DNA from: an uncultured Acidobacteriaceae bacterium
Lineage (GTDB): Bacteria; Acidobacteriota; Terriglobia; Terriglobales; Acidobacteriaceae
Reading direction: 5' to 3'
Length of the DNA stretch: 64,000 nucleotides
Assembly: GCA_963823805.1 (NCBI GenBank)
Contig: CAWGMW010000002.1
Span: forward strand, 255,845 to 319,844
In this document: positions 10,031-18,401 of the stretch, piece by piece
Layout of the letters: every line of letters starts with the position of its first letter
Position numbering within the stretch: position 1 is the stretch's first letter
Translations under genes and position numbers: made by a program
Notes under the pieces: model-generated
Told to the model about the DNA's origin: nothing
Seen by the model: the letters and a program-made list of their open reading frames with translations, nothing else
Databases searched by the model: none

Positions 10031-10058
10031 CTGGAAGCTAGTAGCTAGAGGCTAGTAG
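10031..10058. repeat. 4 tandem heptamers CTARRRG (CTGGAAG CTAGTAG CTAGAGG CTAGTAG), the reverse-complement type of the 9916 array
   Basis: Read directly. The reverse complement aligns with the 9916-9950 array, giving an imperfect long inverted repeat around an ~80-bp spacer. Confidence 0.75.
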
Positions 10059-10100
10059 CTGATCTTAGAATCGGCTTGAGCACTTAGGGGAACTCGATCG

Positions 10101-10946
10101 ATGCCGGTTCGCGTTGTAGAAAGCAGTCAGAATGCGCGCTTGAAAGAACTGCGGAAGGCGCTCAACACGCCGGGCCGCGGAGCTCAAGCGCTCGTGGGCA
10201 TTGAGAGTCCGAAGCTGCTCGCGGAGGCGCTGCGCGCTGGTTTGCGCGTAAAGACGGTTTTTGTGGCCCAAGGTCCCGATCGCGCCTCGGAGCGGCTGCT
10301 GGATAAGCTTCAGGTGAGGCGGGACGTCGAGGTTCTCGAGCTGCCGAAGAAGCTGCTCGATCAGGCGCTGGCGACCGAAACGCCGCAATCGATTGCAGCG
10401 CTCGTTGAGCCGCCGAAATGGTCGTGGTCGCATGTTCTCAACCAAGACCAAAACAAAACGCTGGTTCTTGTCCTGGCAGGAATTCAGGATCCCGGCAATC
10501 TCGGTACGATTCTGCGTTCGGCTGAAGCCTTTGACGCGACGGGCGTGGTGAGCCTGCCGGGAACCGTGAGCGCGTGGAATCCGAAGGCTGTGCGCGCATC
10601 CGCGGGGAGCGTGTTTCGCATGCCGGTCCTCGCGGCGAGCCTCGAGGATTGCTTTGCGCGGCTGCGCGAGGCGGGCGTGAAGGTGCTTGCGACGACGGCC
10701 AATGGAACGAAGTCGGCCGATCTCGCGGAGTTGGCTGGCCCTGTCGCTCTCGTCATCGGCAACGAGGGTAATGGCGTGCCGGATGAGATCGTGCGCAAGG
10801 TCGATGGCACGATCGCAATTCCCTGCCCCGGCCCGGTCGAGAGCTTGAACGCGGCCGTCGCAGCCAGCGTGCTGCTGTATGAAGCATCGCGACAGCGAGC
10901 GACAACGGGCAACGCTGCATCGAAGCAGCGGGGAGCGCGGCGATGA
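10101..10946 (+). CDS. TrmH/SpoU-family RNA 2'-O-methyltransferase
   Basis: SpoU motifs (LVLAGIQDPGNLGTILRSAEAF, VIGNEGNGVPDEI, ESLNAAVAASVLLYEA). Confidence 0.85.
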   Translation: MPVRVVESSQNARLKELRKALNTPGRGAQALVGIESPKLLAEALRAGLRVKTVFVAQGPDRASERLLDKLQVRRDVEVLELPKKLLDQALATETPQSIAALVEPPKWSWSHVLNQDQNKTLVLVLAGIQDPGNLGTILRSAEAFDATGVVSLPGTVSAWNPKAVRASAGSVFRMPVLAASLEDCFARLREAGVKVLATTANGTKSADLAELAGPVALVIGNEGNGVPDEIVRKVDGTIAIPCPGPVESLNAAVAASVLLYEASRQRATTGNAASKQRGARR

Positions 10947-12298
10947 GCTTGTTCGATGAGTTGCCTTCCGCCGAGCCACCACTCTCCTCCAAAGAGTCAA
11001 ACCGTGGAACGGGGGCGCCGCTGGCGGAGCGGATGCGGCCGCGCAGCCTGGACGAATTGCTGGGGCAGGAGCATCTGGTCGGCCCTGGAAAGCCGTTGCG
11101 GGTGCAGATCGAGCGCGACGATGCCAGCTCGATGATCTTCTGGGGTCCGCCGGGCGTGGGCAAAACCACGCTGGCCAAGATCATTGCCGAGACAACGAAG
11201 GCTAGCTTCATTGAATTCTCCGCGGTGACCAGCGGCATCAAGGAGATCAAGCAGGTGATGGTCACGGCGGCCAAGGCATCTCAACTGAATTCGCGAACCA
11301 TTCTCTTCGTCGACGAGATTCACCGCTTCAACAAGGCGCAGCAGGACGCATTCTTGCCCTACGTGGAGCGGGGCACGATCCGGCTGATCGGCGCGACGAC
11401 AGAGAATCCTTCGTTCGAGATTATTTCGGCGCTGCTCTCGCGCTGCCGCGTATACGTGCTCGAACCGCTCAAAGACGAGCAGGTCGCGACTCTGCTCCGG
11501 CGCGCGCTGGCCGATGAGGAGCGCGGGTTGGGCGCGCTCGATCTGACAGCGGACGACGATGCGCTCGAATTGATTGCCGGCTATTCGAGCGGCGACTGTC
11601 GCAACGCATACAACACGCTGGAAGTGGCGGCGCAGTTGGCCATCGCCGACGGAAGCAAGCACATTACGAGGGCCGTTGCGACCGAAGCCGCACAGAAGCG
11701 CGTGCTGATGTACGACAAAGCGGGCGAAGAGCACTACAACCTGATCTCCGCGCTGCACAAGAGCGTGCGCAACTCCGATCCTGATGCGGCGCTCTACTGG
11801 CTGGGGCGTATGTTTGCCGGAGGCGAAGATCCGCTCTATCTCGCGCGGCGCATTGTGCGCATGGCCGTCGAGGACATTGGGCTGGCCGCGCCGGAGGCGC
11901 TGCATCTGTGTCTTTCAGCGAAGGAAACTTACGACTTTCTCGGCTCGCCCGAAGGCGATCTGGCGCTGGCCGAAGCAGTGGTCTACCTGGCGCTGGCGCC
12001 GAAATCGAATGCGGTCTACACGGCACTCGGCGCGGTGCAGGACGACATTGAGCACACGCGGCAGGAGCCGGTGCCGCTGCACCTGCGCAATGCGCCGGCG
12101 AGGCTGATGAAAGACCTGGGCTACGCCGAAGGCTACCGCTACGCCCATGAAGAGGACGACAAAGTCGCCGATATGGACTGCCTGCCGGAATCGCTGAAAG
12201 GCCGCAGCTACTACCACCCCACGCAGGAGGGACGCGAAAAGCAGCTTGCGGCACGCATGGAGGAAATCCGCAGAATCAGGTTGGGCAAGCGCGGCTAG
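10943..12298 (+). CDS. rarA: replication-associated recombination protein A (AAA+ ATPase)
   Basis: Walker A GPPGVGKTT, Walker B/sensor ILFVDEIHRFNKAQQDAFLP, and a MgsA C-terminal domain. The ATG overlaps the trmH-like stop. Confidence 0.9.
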   Translation: MSLFDELPSAEPPLSSKESNRGTGAPLAERMRPRSLDELLGQEHLVGPGKPLRVQIERDDASSMIFWGPPGVGKTTLAKIIAETTKASFIEFSAVTSGIKEIKQVMVTAAKASQLNSRTILFVDEIHRFNKAQQDAFLPYVERGTIRLIGATTENPSFEIISALLSRCRVYVLEPLKDEQVATLLRRALADEERGLGALDLTADDDALELIAGYSSGDCRNAYNTLEVAAQLAIADGSKHITRAVATEAAQKRVLMYDKAGEEHYNLISALHKSVRNSDPDAALYWLGRMFAGGEDPLYLARRIVRMAVEDIGLAAPEALHLCLSAKETYDFLGSPEGDLALAEAVVYLALAPKSNAVYTALGAVQDDIEHTRQEPVPLHLRNAPARLMKDLGYAEGYRYAHEEDDKVADMDCLPESLKGRSYYHPTQEGREKQLAARMEEIRRIRLGKRG

Positions 12299-12320
12299 AT
12301 GCGAGCCCAATTGCCCGCCC

Positions 12321-12740
12321 CTACGCTTCCCACGGATTGACGACCGACTTCGCGATGTCGGGAAAGTGCTTGACGTTGCGGGTGGCCAGAGTGGCGTGGG
12401 AGGCGAGGACGATGCCGGCGATCATGGTGTCGCGCAGTTCGCCTGGACGGCCCCGTTTTTCACGCTCTGCCGCGAGTTCCGCCGCCCGTCTTGCAGCCGT
12501 CTCGTCGTAGATTGCGATCCGCTGCTCGGCAACATCGACTAACCAGCGCTCGAACAAGGCCGCAAGTCTGGCCTGACGCTTCCCTATGGGCATCGTCTCC
12601 AGGCCGAAGCGAATCTCAAAAACAGTCACGGAGGTTGTCCAGATCGAGCTACGAGGCTGCTGATCGAGCCATCGTGTAACGCGCGCGTCCGGCCTTGGAA
12701 GCATGAATTCAGAAACCACGTTCGTGTCGAGGATGATCAT
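12321..12740 (-). CDS. vapC: PIN-domain ribonuclease toxin (VapC/FitB-like)
   Basis: MIILDTNVVSE with the conserved acidic PIN residues and C-terminal ATRNVKHF. The ATG overlaps the antitoxin stop (ATGA at 12737-12740). Confidence 0.85.
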   Translation of the reverse strand: MIILDTNVVSEFMLPRPDARVTRWLDQQPRSSIWTTSVTVFEIRFGLETMPIGKRQARLAALFERWLVDVAEQRIAIYDETAARRAAELAAEREKRGRPGELRDTMIAGIVLASHATLATRNVKHFPDIAKSVVNPWEA

Positions 12741-12994
12741 TCGTCAAAGTTGATCGGCTTGAGAGGAAAACCGCGCCACTCGCGAATCGGTTTATCAAGA
12801 AAGACGCCATTGCCGCTAAAGAGCGCCACCGACGCGGTTCCGAACCCAACTTCAGGGGTTTTCTCCTCTCGCTTGAGCGCGTCGGTCACAATTTCGCGCA
12901 CTTCGGCCTCCATGCTGCGGCCGTTGCGCTTGGCGCGGCGCTGCAGGCGGGCTTTGACCCGTTCGTCGACTTTGCGGATGAGAATCTGGGCCAT
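12737..12994 (-). CDS. vapB: ribbon-helix-helix antitoxin (FitA/VapB-like), 85 aa
   Basis: MAQILIRKVDERVKARLQRRAKRNGRSMEAEVREIV is an Arc/RHH-type N-terminus. It has its own GGAGG (12999-13003) 4 nt before the ATG at 12994. It lies in the same frame as the upstream dsbD-family ORF, with no intervening stop. Confidence 0.75.
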   Translation of the reverse strand: MAQILIRKVDERVKARLQRRAKRNGRSMEAEVREIVTDALKREEKTPEVGFGTASVALFSGNGVFLDKPIREWRGFPLKPINFDE

Positions 12995-15196
12995 TCTGCC
13001 TCCAGTGCTATCATGATAGCAGAAAGTGGAAAACTCCGCGATTCCGGCCGCCGCGCCCAATTGTCCGGCTGCGCTCTTCCGCAGCTTTGAAAGCGCGTCT
13101 GTAACGATTCCCGGCGTGAGCACCTGCGGAAGGAGTTGCGGCTCGCTTTGGCCCGGCGTGTAAAGCGCATAAACAGGAACGCCGCTGCGGCCGAGATCTG
13201 TGAGTGCCTGGGTGATGGCGGGATCCGCGCGGGTCCAGTCGGCACGGAAGAGAGCGACGTTCGCGGCGGCAAACGCCTGCACAACCTCCGGTCGGTCGAG
13301 GGCAACGCGCTCGTTGACCTGACAGCTCAAGCACCAGCTCGCGGTGAAGTCGACAAAGACGGGTTGGCCTTCCGCTAGCGCGTGCTGGACTGCATCGGCG
13401 GACCAGGGCTGCCAGGTGTCACTGCGTGCGGCGGGCCCTTCGGACGAGGGCAACGTCGGCGCGGAAGATGGCCCGCCCGAGAGCCCCCTCGGCGCCGTGA
13501 TGCATGCGACGAGCGCGGCAACCAGGATGAGTCCCGCGACCGTGGTTGCCCAACGCTGGGCTGGCCATCGGCCGAGGAACCATCCCGCGATGGCGAGCAA
13601 CAGGAAGATTGCCAGCAGCGCAACAAGCAAATTGGCTCCGTAGGCTTGCGCAACGACCCATGTAAGCCAGATGACAGTGCCAAAGATGGGAACCGAAATC
13701 GCCTGCTTAAGAATGTCCATCCACACGCCGGGCCTGGGCAGAATGCGGGTCCATGCGGGTTGAAGCGTGAGCGCGACATACGGCGCGGCGAGACCGAGAG
13801 CGAGCGAGGTGAACACAGCGAAGGTGACTGCGGCGGGTTGGGCGAGCGCGTAGCCGATCGCCGCTCCCATAAACGGCGCAGTGCAGGGCGTGGCAACGAC
13901 AACTGCGAGAACGCCGGTGAAGAAGCTGCCCGCAAAGCCCTGTTTCGCCGCAAGTGAGCCTCCCGCGCTGGTCAGCGTGAGGCCGATTTCGAACTGGCCG
14001 GCGAGCGAGAGGCCGAGGAAGAAGAGCAGACCAGCCATCAGGGAGAGGAAAACCGGAGACTGGAACTGAAAGCCCCAGCCGAGCGTGGCGCCCGCGGCGC
14101 GCAGGGCGAGCAGCAAGGCGACGAGCGCCCAGAACGAGACGAGAATTCCGATAGCGTAGACGAAACCGTGAGCGCGGAGCTTGTGCTTCTCTTCGTTGCC
14201 GGAATTCACCAACGCCAGGCCTTTCAAGAACAGCACCGGAAAGACGCACGGCATAAGGTTCAGCAACAGACCGCCGAGGAAGGCGAGGCCGACGATGCGA
14301 AGCAGGGTCAGTTGGCTTTTTGCCAGCGCACCTGTCCCGCAGGGCAAAAGTCCGGAGATTGCCGAAGTAATTGTGCCTGCCGGTGCCTCGATCTCGTAGT
14401 TTCTTCCGCCTGAAAGTTCGATAACGCCGTTCAGCTTGGCGGGATTTGCCGCCAGGTTGGCGTCCCTCTTGACATCGAGAAAGAAACCTTCCGGCGTGGG
14501 CGTGAGCACCTGCGGCGCGGGATTGTCGAGGATGTTTTCGTCTTCAGGGAAAAATGCAGCTTGCGTTTCGCGCTGGCCGGTGGTGACGGCGAGGCGAAAG
14601 CCTGTTGCGGTCGGCTGAAATACGGCGGTGTCGGTTGAAGGAAACGATTTTGGAAGTTGGCCGACGAGGCGGTCGTAAATCTCTTTGTCCGGTGAAAGCT
14701 CTGCGCCTTGTCCGGTGGTAGCCGGAATAACGCGGTCCACTTCAAGTTCCGCTTTACCGGGCATGCAAACCTCGCGGCAGACAAGCCAGTTGACCTTCGC
14801 GTCGAGAGCCACCGGGCCCGGCTTGGCCGAGCTCGCCACATCGAGGCTGAACGGAAAGAGGACTTCGTTCTCATAGCCAAAATCCATGAAGGGGCCGAGC
14901 GGAAGGCGGCTTGGCGCGGGGAACTGCATGGGACCAGCAGTGATCCCCTTGGGCAGACTCCATTGAAGGCGCGGCGGTTCACCGGAGTCGCCCGCATTCT
15001 GCCAGTAGACGTGCCAGCCCGGCTCAAGCTTGAAATAGAGGCCCGCGTTGGAACTCGCGCCGAGATTGAGCTGCGCTGCGGGAACAATCAATTGAACGTG
15101 GAGATGCGCGGCATCGGCAGAGCTGGAAGCCGCGAACGCAGTCGATGCCGTGAAATACAGGAACGACAACCCGAAGATAAAGCGGAAACGATGCAT
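12737..15196 (-). CDS. dsbD: DsbD-family thiol:disulfide interchange protein; the ORF has no stop of its own and continues in frame through vapB
   Basis: Signal peptide MHRFRFIFGLSFLYFTASTAFA, periplasmic N-terminal domain, multi-TM CcdA-like core, and C-terminal thioredoxin domain (FVDFTASWCLSCQVNE). After ...GIVTDALSKLRK the frame stays open for 27 more codons and then runs into the vapB ATG. Confidence 0.75.
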   Translation of the reverse strand: MHRFRFIFGLSFLYFTASTAFAASSSADAAHLHVQLIVPAAQLNLGASSNAGLYFKLEPGWHVYWQNAGDSGEPPRLQWSLPKGITAGPMQFPAPSRLPLGPFMDFGYENEVLFPFSLDVASSAKPGPVALDAKVNWLVCREVCMPGKAELEVDRVIPATTGQGAELSPDKEIYDRLVGQLPKSFPSTDTAVFQPTATGFRLAVTTGQRETQAAFFPEDENILDNPAPQVLTPTPEGFFLDVKRDANLAANPAKLNGVIELSGGRNYEIEAPAGTITSAISGLLPCGTGALAKSQLTLLRIVGLAFLGGLLLNLMPCVFPVLFLKGLALVNSGNEEKHKLRAHGFVYAIGILVSFWALVALLLALRAAGATLGWGFQFQSPVFLSLMAGLLFFLGLSLAGQFEIGLTLTSAGGSLAAKQGFAGSFFTGVLAVVVATPCTAPFMGAAIGYALAQPAAVTFAVFTSLALGLAAPYVALTLQPAWTRILPRPGVWMDILKQAISVPIFGTVIWLTWVVAQAYGANLLVALLAIFLLLAIAGWFLGRWPAQRWATTVAGLILVAALVACITAPRGLSGGPSSAPTLPSSEGPAARSDTWQPWSADAVQHALAEGQPVFVDFTASWCLSCQVNERVALDRPEVVQAFAAANVALFRADWTRADPAITQALTDLGRSGVPVYALYTPGQSEPQLLPQVLTPGIVTDALSKLRKSAAGQLGAAAGIAEFSTFCYHDSTGGRMAQILIRKVDERVKARLQRRAKRNGRSMEAEVREIVTDALKREEKTPEVGFGTASVALFSGNGVFLDKPIREWRGFPLKPINFDE
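13006..13021. promoter_or_regulatory. perfect 16-bp palindrome TGCTATCATGATAGCA, candidate VapB operator
   Basis: Read directly, 12-27 nt upstream of the vapB ATG. Type II antitoxins commonly autoregulate through palindromes at this position (established knowledge); a function here is inferred. Confidence 0.4.
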
Positions 15197-15290
15197 GGCA
15201 GGCAAACGCTGAATTCTGATTCTTAGCACCTGTTCTTTGGACTCAGTTTACCGGACAAGGGTCGCAGAAATGGCGGCGATTCGCCGCAGT

Positions 15291-15740
15291 TTATTGGGCC
15301 ATCGCCGCGTGGCGGCGATAGATGCAGTCGTTCTGCACGCATTTGACGCCGGCCGCGCGGGCACGGGCAATGGCTTCTTCGTGGACGACTTCGTCCTGCA
15401 GCCACAGATAAGGAATGCCAAGGCGAATGACGTCGTCGACGATGGCCGGCACATTCTCGGAGGCGCGAAAGACGTCAACGAGGTCGATTCCCCTCCCCGC
15501 CTGACCCGAACCTGTTTCTTTAAGCGCGGCGGCCTGCGCGGCGTCGAGGTCGGCATAGCACGGACCGCCGAGGACTTCCTCGAGCGCAGGATTGACCGGG
15601 TAGACCCGAAAGCCAGTCTCGGCGAGGTAGCGGCCGATGTTGTGGCTGGCGCGCCAGGGCTTGTCGCTCATGCCGACGACGGCGATGGTCTTCGTGTTGC
15701 GGAACATCTCGTCGATGATTGCGGGGTCGTTGCTCATCAA
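15291..15740 (-). CDS. CoA-binding domain protein (YccU/YneT-like)
   Basis: TIAVVGMSDKPWRASHNIGRYL and VYPVNP are typical of the CoA_binding_2 family. TTG at 15740 is immediately followed by ATG at 15737, and either could be the start. Confidence 0.8.
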   Translation of the reverse strand: MMSNDPAIIDEMFRNTKTIAVVGMSDKPWRASHNIGRYLAETGFRVYPVNPALEEVLGGPCYADLDAAQAAALKETGSGQAGRGIDLVDVFRASENVPAIVDDVIRLGIPYLWLQDEVVHEEAIARARAAGVKCVQNDCIYRRHAAMAQ

Positions 15741-15789
15741 TTCACAGTTCGTAGTTCATAGTTCACAGTTCGCAGTTCAGAGCTTTCAG
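15741..15789. repeat. 6-7 tandem heptamers TTCRYAG (CTRYGAA on the coding strand)
   Basis: TTCACAG TTCGTAG TTCATAG TTCACAG TTCGCAG TTCAGAG CTTTCAG, read directly. Fills the gap between the prfB stop (15813) and the start of the CoA-binding gene. Confidence 0.75.
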
Positions 15790-15812
15790 CGATCGGCGCG
15801 TATTGCTCCTGA

Positions 15813-16950
15813 TTACTCGTCCAAATCGTCGTCGGCGCCTGTCGTTACCTCGGTGCCGCGGCGTTTTGCCAGCAGATATCCGCGCAGAAACGGCTCAAGG
15901 TAGCCGTCGAGAACTTTATCCACATCGCCCACTTCGACTTTGGTCCGGTGATCCTTTGCAATGCGGTAAGGCTGCAACACATATGACCGAATCTGCGAGC
16001 CGAAGTTGATTTCGAGCTTGGAGTCTTCGAGCTTCTTCGAAACGGCGCGCTTCTTTTCAAGTTCAAATTCGTAGAGGCGCGACCGCAGCATCTTCATGGC
16101 CTTGTCGCGGTTCTTGTGCTGCGAACGTTCGTTCTGGCACTGGACTACAATTCCCGTGGGAATATGCGTGATGCGCACGGCGGAGTCGGTGGTGTTGACG
16201 TGCTGGCCGCCCTTGCCGCCGGAACGGTACGTGTCGACGCGCAGGTCTTCGAGCTTCAAATCGACATGAATCGTCTCGTCGATCTCCGGCGAAACATAGA
16301 CGGATGCGAAAGACGTGTGGCGGCGCTTGGCGGAGTCGAACGGAGAGATGCGTACGAGCCTGTGCACGCCGCTTTCGCCGGCGAGCTGGCCGAAGGCGTA
16401 GTCGCCGATGATGGTGAATGTAGCGGACTTGATGCCCGCCTCTTCGCCGGCCTGGTAGTCGTTCATCTCGGTTTTGAAGCCCTGCTGCTCGGCCCAGCGC
16501 AGATACATGCGGAGCAGCATCTCAGCCCAGTCCTGGCTCTCGGTGCCGCCGGCTCCGGGATGCACGGTCACAATCGCATTAAGACCGTCGGCCTCGCCGG
16601 AAAGCATGGTCCTCGCCTCGAGATCTTCGGCAAATGCTCCCAGCTCCTTGATGCTCTTCTCCAAATCCAGAAGAACGTCCTCGCCCTCGCGCGCCAGTTC
16701 GAAGTAGGCTTCGATGTCGCCGGTGCGGCGCACGAGCTCGTCGTCGTCGCGAACCAGCCCTTCAAGCCGCTTGCGATCGCGCATGAGGGGTTTCGACGCT
16801 GTGGGATCGGACCACAACGCTGGATCGGATAGCTTCTTTTCTATTTCGGAGAGTTCCCTGCGGATGCGGGCAGGGTCAAAGATACTCCCGCAGGTCGCGC
16901 ACTTGATTGCGCACGGGAGCGTAGGCGAATTCGAGATCGTTCAGTGACAT
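15813..16950 (-). CDS. prfB: peptide chain release factor 2, with programmed +1 ribosomal frameshift
   Basis: ORF0 is ATG 16950, MSLNDLEFAYAPVRNQVRDLREYL, then TGA. After a +1 shift at CTT TGA C the frame continues DPARIRRELSEIEKKLSDPALWSDP into the 334-aa ORF. SPF (RISPFDS) and GGQ (GGKGGQHVNTT) motifs are present. Confidence 0.92.
16875..16881 (-). promoter_or_regulatory. prfB +1 frameshift site CTTTGAC with upstream SD-like GGGAG
   Basis: The minus-strand sequence CGGGAGTATCTTTGAC matches the canonical RF2 autoregulatory site (SD-like element, CUU slippery codon, in-frame UGA followed by C). Confidence 0.88.
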
Positions 16951-17135
16951 TGTGCTCTTAGGACCTGGCTTTGATTTGAGGCGCAAATCTGCGTTCTATT
17001 GACTGGCTATAGAATATCACCGTACTGGTTTCGGCGGCTTCATCCGCCTTCGACACGGGGTGTAAGCGAATTCATCCCAGATTCAGAGATGCGGATCTGG
17101 CCAGCCCGCCACGGGTTGCTTCACGGGAGGTAGGC

Positions 17136-17729
17136 ATGTCTTGGCTCCGACGCTTCTCGCAGACATCAACCAAGCCAACGGAAGCTAAGAAAGACTATTC
17201 TCCGTGTGTGCGCTATGCCATGGAAGCTATGCCCGCAGTTAAGTTTGATCCTTCAACAGTGAGCAAGAATGTCAAGGCAGATCTTCGAAAAAATGTTAAT
17301 CTGCTCGACGATATTGAAAAGAAACACGCCAAGCAGATTTATGAGGCTGCATTACGCTCCATCTCGGCAGGTCGGGATTTGCAGTCGTTGTGCACAGCAC
17401 TGATGAAAGTCAAAGGAGTGACCAAAGGACGGGCGGCAGAAATCGCACTGTCCCTGAATAACAAAGCGACCGCAATGATCAATCGAGAGCGCCAGTCCGC
17501 TCTTGGAATCGCTCATGCAATATGGATGTATGCTAACGCCCCTTGCATGAAAGACCCAAGTCACTCTTTGGCCGCAGACGCTCAACAGGATGCCGCTCAC
17601 CGCTCAGCCAACGGGCAGAAATATGAAATCAGCAAGGGGTTATTTGTAGATGGCAAGTGGACCTGGCCGGGGGTTGAGGAAGGATGCAAATGTTGTTCGA
17701 GATCAGTCCTGCCGGGGTTGAAGGGGTAG
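17136..17729 (+). CDS. hypothetical protein with a Phage_Mu_F / SPP1 gp7-like (MuF) domain
   Basis: RAAEIALSLNNKATAMINRERQSALGIAHAIWMYA...DAAHRSANGQKYEI...WPGVEEGCKCCSRSVLP follows the MuF pattern as I recall it (W..., H..l.G..f, P...nCRC..iP). Lies in a low-GC islet. Recognition is from memory only. Confidence 0.5.
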   Translation: MSWLRRFSQTSTKPTEAKKDYSPCVRYAMEAMPAVKFDPSTVSKNVKADLRKNVNLLDDIEKKHAKQIYEAALRSISAGRDLQSLCTALMKVKGVTKGRAAEIALSLNNKATAMINRERQSALGIAHAIWMYANAPCMKDPSHSLAADAQQDAAHRSANGQKYEISKGLFVDGKWTWPGVEEGCKCCSRSVLPGLKG

Positions 17730-17766
17730 GCGCCCCATCATGTCATGAGCCCTAACCAAATGCCTG

Positions 17767-18087
17767 TCATTCGGGCTTCAGGACGTCAAATATGACCCAT
17801 CCATCCACCTCTCGTGGCACTCCATAGTGGGTGTTTAATTCACCATCGATCAGTGCAGTACCACGACCGTCGACAATCCTAACATTGGTAATACCTTGGA
17901 GAGCGCTTACGGTTCCACCAAGCCAACGAATTGTCGATGGGTGGCGGCCTCGGCTGACGCGGCCATCAACACCAGTAAGAACCGTATCTGGCTCATGAGT
18001 TATTTCTACGGTCTGCGCCGCGAATTTCTCGGGCGTAATACTGGCGGAGGAATTGCTAATGAGATTTATTTCAACGATATGTTGCAT
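17767..18087 (-). CDS. hypothetical protein (106 aa)
   Basis: Clean ORF in the low-GC islet, convergent with the MuF-like gene. Composition looks beta-rich. I recognise no family. Confidence 0.4.
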   Translation of the reverse strand: MQHIVEINLISNSSASITPEKFAAQTVEITHEPDTVLTGVDGRVSRGRHPSTIRWLGGTVSALQGITNVRIVDGRGTALIDGELNTHYGVPREVDGWVIFDVLKPE

Positions 18088-18204
18088 GCATCACTTTACC
18101 GCTGGTGACACGGGTCCGACAAATTGGAGATGAGCGAAGCGGGTGCCCAAGGTCCGGATTTTCGGACCTGGGAACGCGCCATCATGTTACGCCACCATCC
18201 ACAG

Positions 18205-18327
18205 CTACCTCACCTTGATCTCATCGAGCAGATCGGAACGACGATCGAACACTTCGAGCAGCTTGACCGGTGCCAAAGTCAGCTTGGTCTTGCCGTTCTC
18301 ATAGCGCGAGAAAGCATTGACGCCGCC
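18205..18327 (-). pseudogene. C-terminal remnant of an MqsA-family (HTH-XRE) antitoxin
   Basis: GGVNAFSRYENGKTKLTLAPVKLLEVFDRRSDLLDEIKVR matches the E. coli MqsA C-terminus (GGGVNAFSRYEKGNAQPHPSTIKLLRVLDKHPELLNEIR). Homology stops exactly at the REP element at 18328. No zinc-ribbon N-terminal half and no mqsR are present. Confidence 0.6.
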
Positions 18328-18356
18328 GGAGGGAGCAGGGGCCTTCAGGCCCCTGA
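18328..18356 (+). repeat. REP-like palindromic element (left copy)
   Basis: GGAGGGAGCAGGGGCCTTCAGGCCCCTGA with the hairpin AGGGGCC-TTC-AGGCCCCT. It is the reverse complement (3 mismatches) of the copy at 18921-18949. Confidence 0.7.
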
Positions 18357-18401
18357 AAAGAGAGCTGCTCAATGCGCGGCCTTTAGGCCCGGGCCTTCTT
18401 C

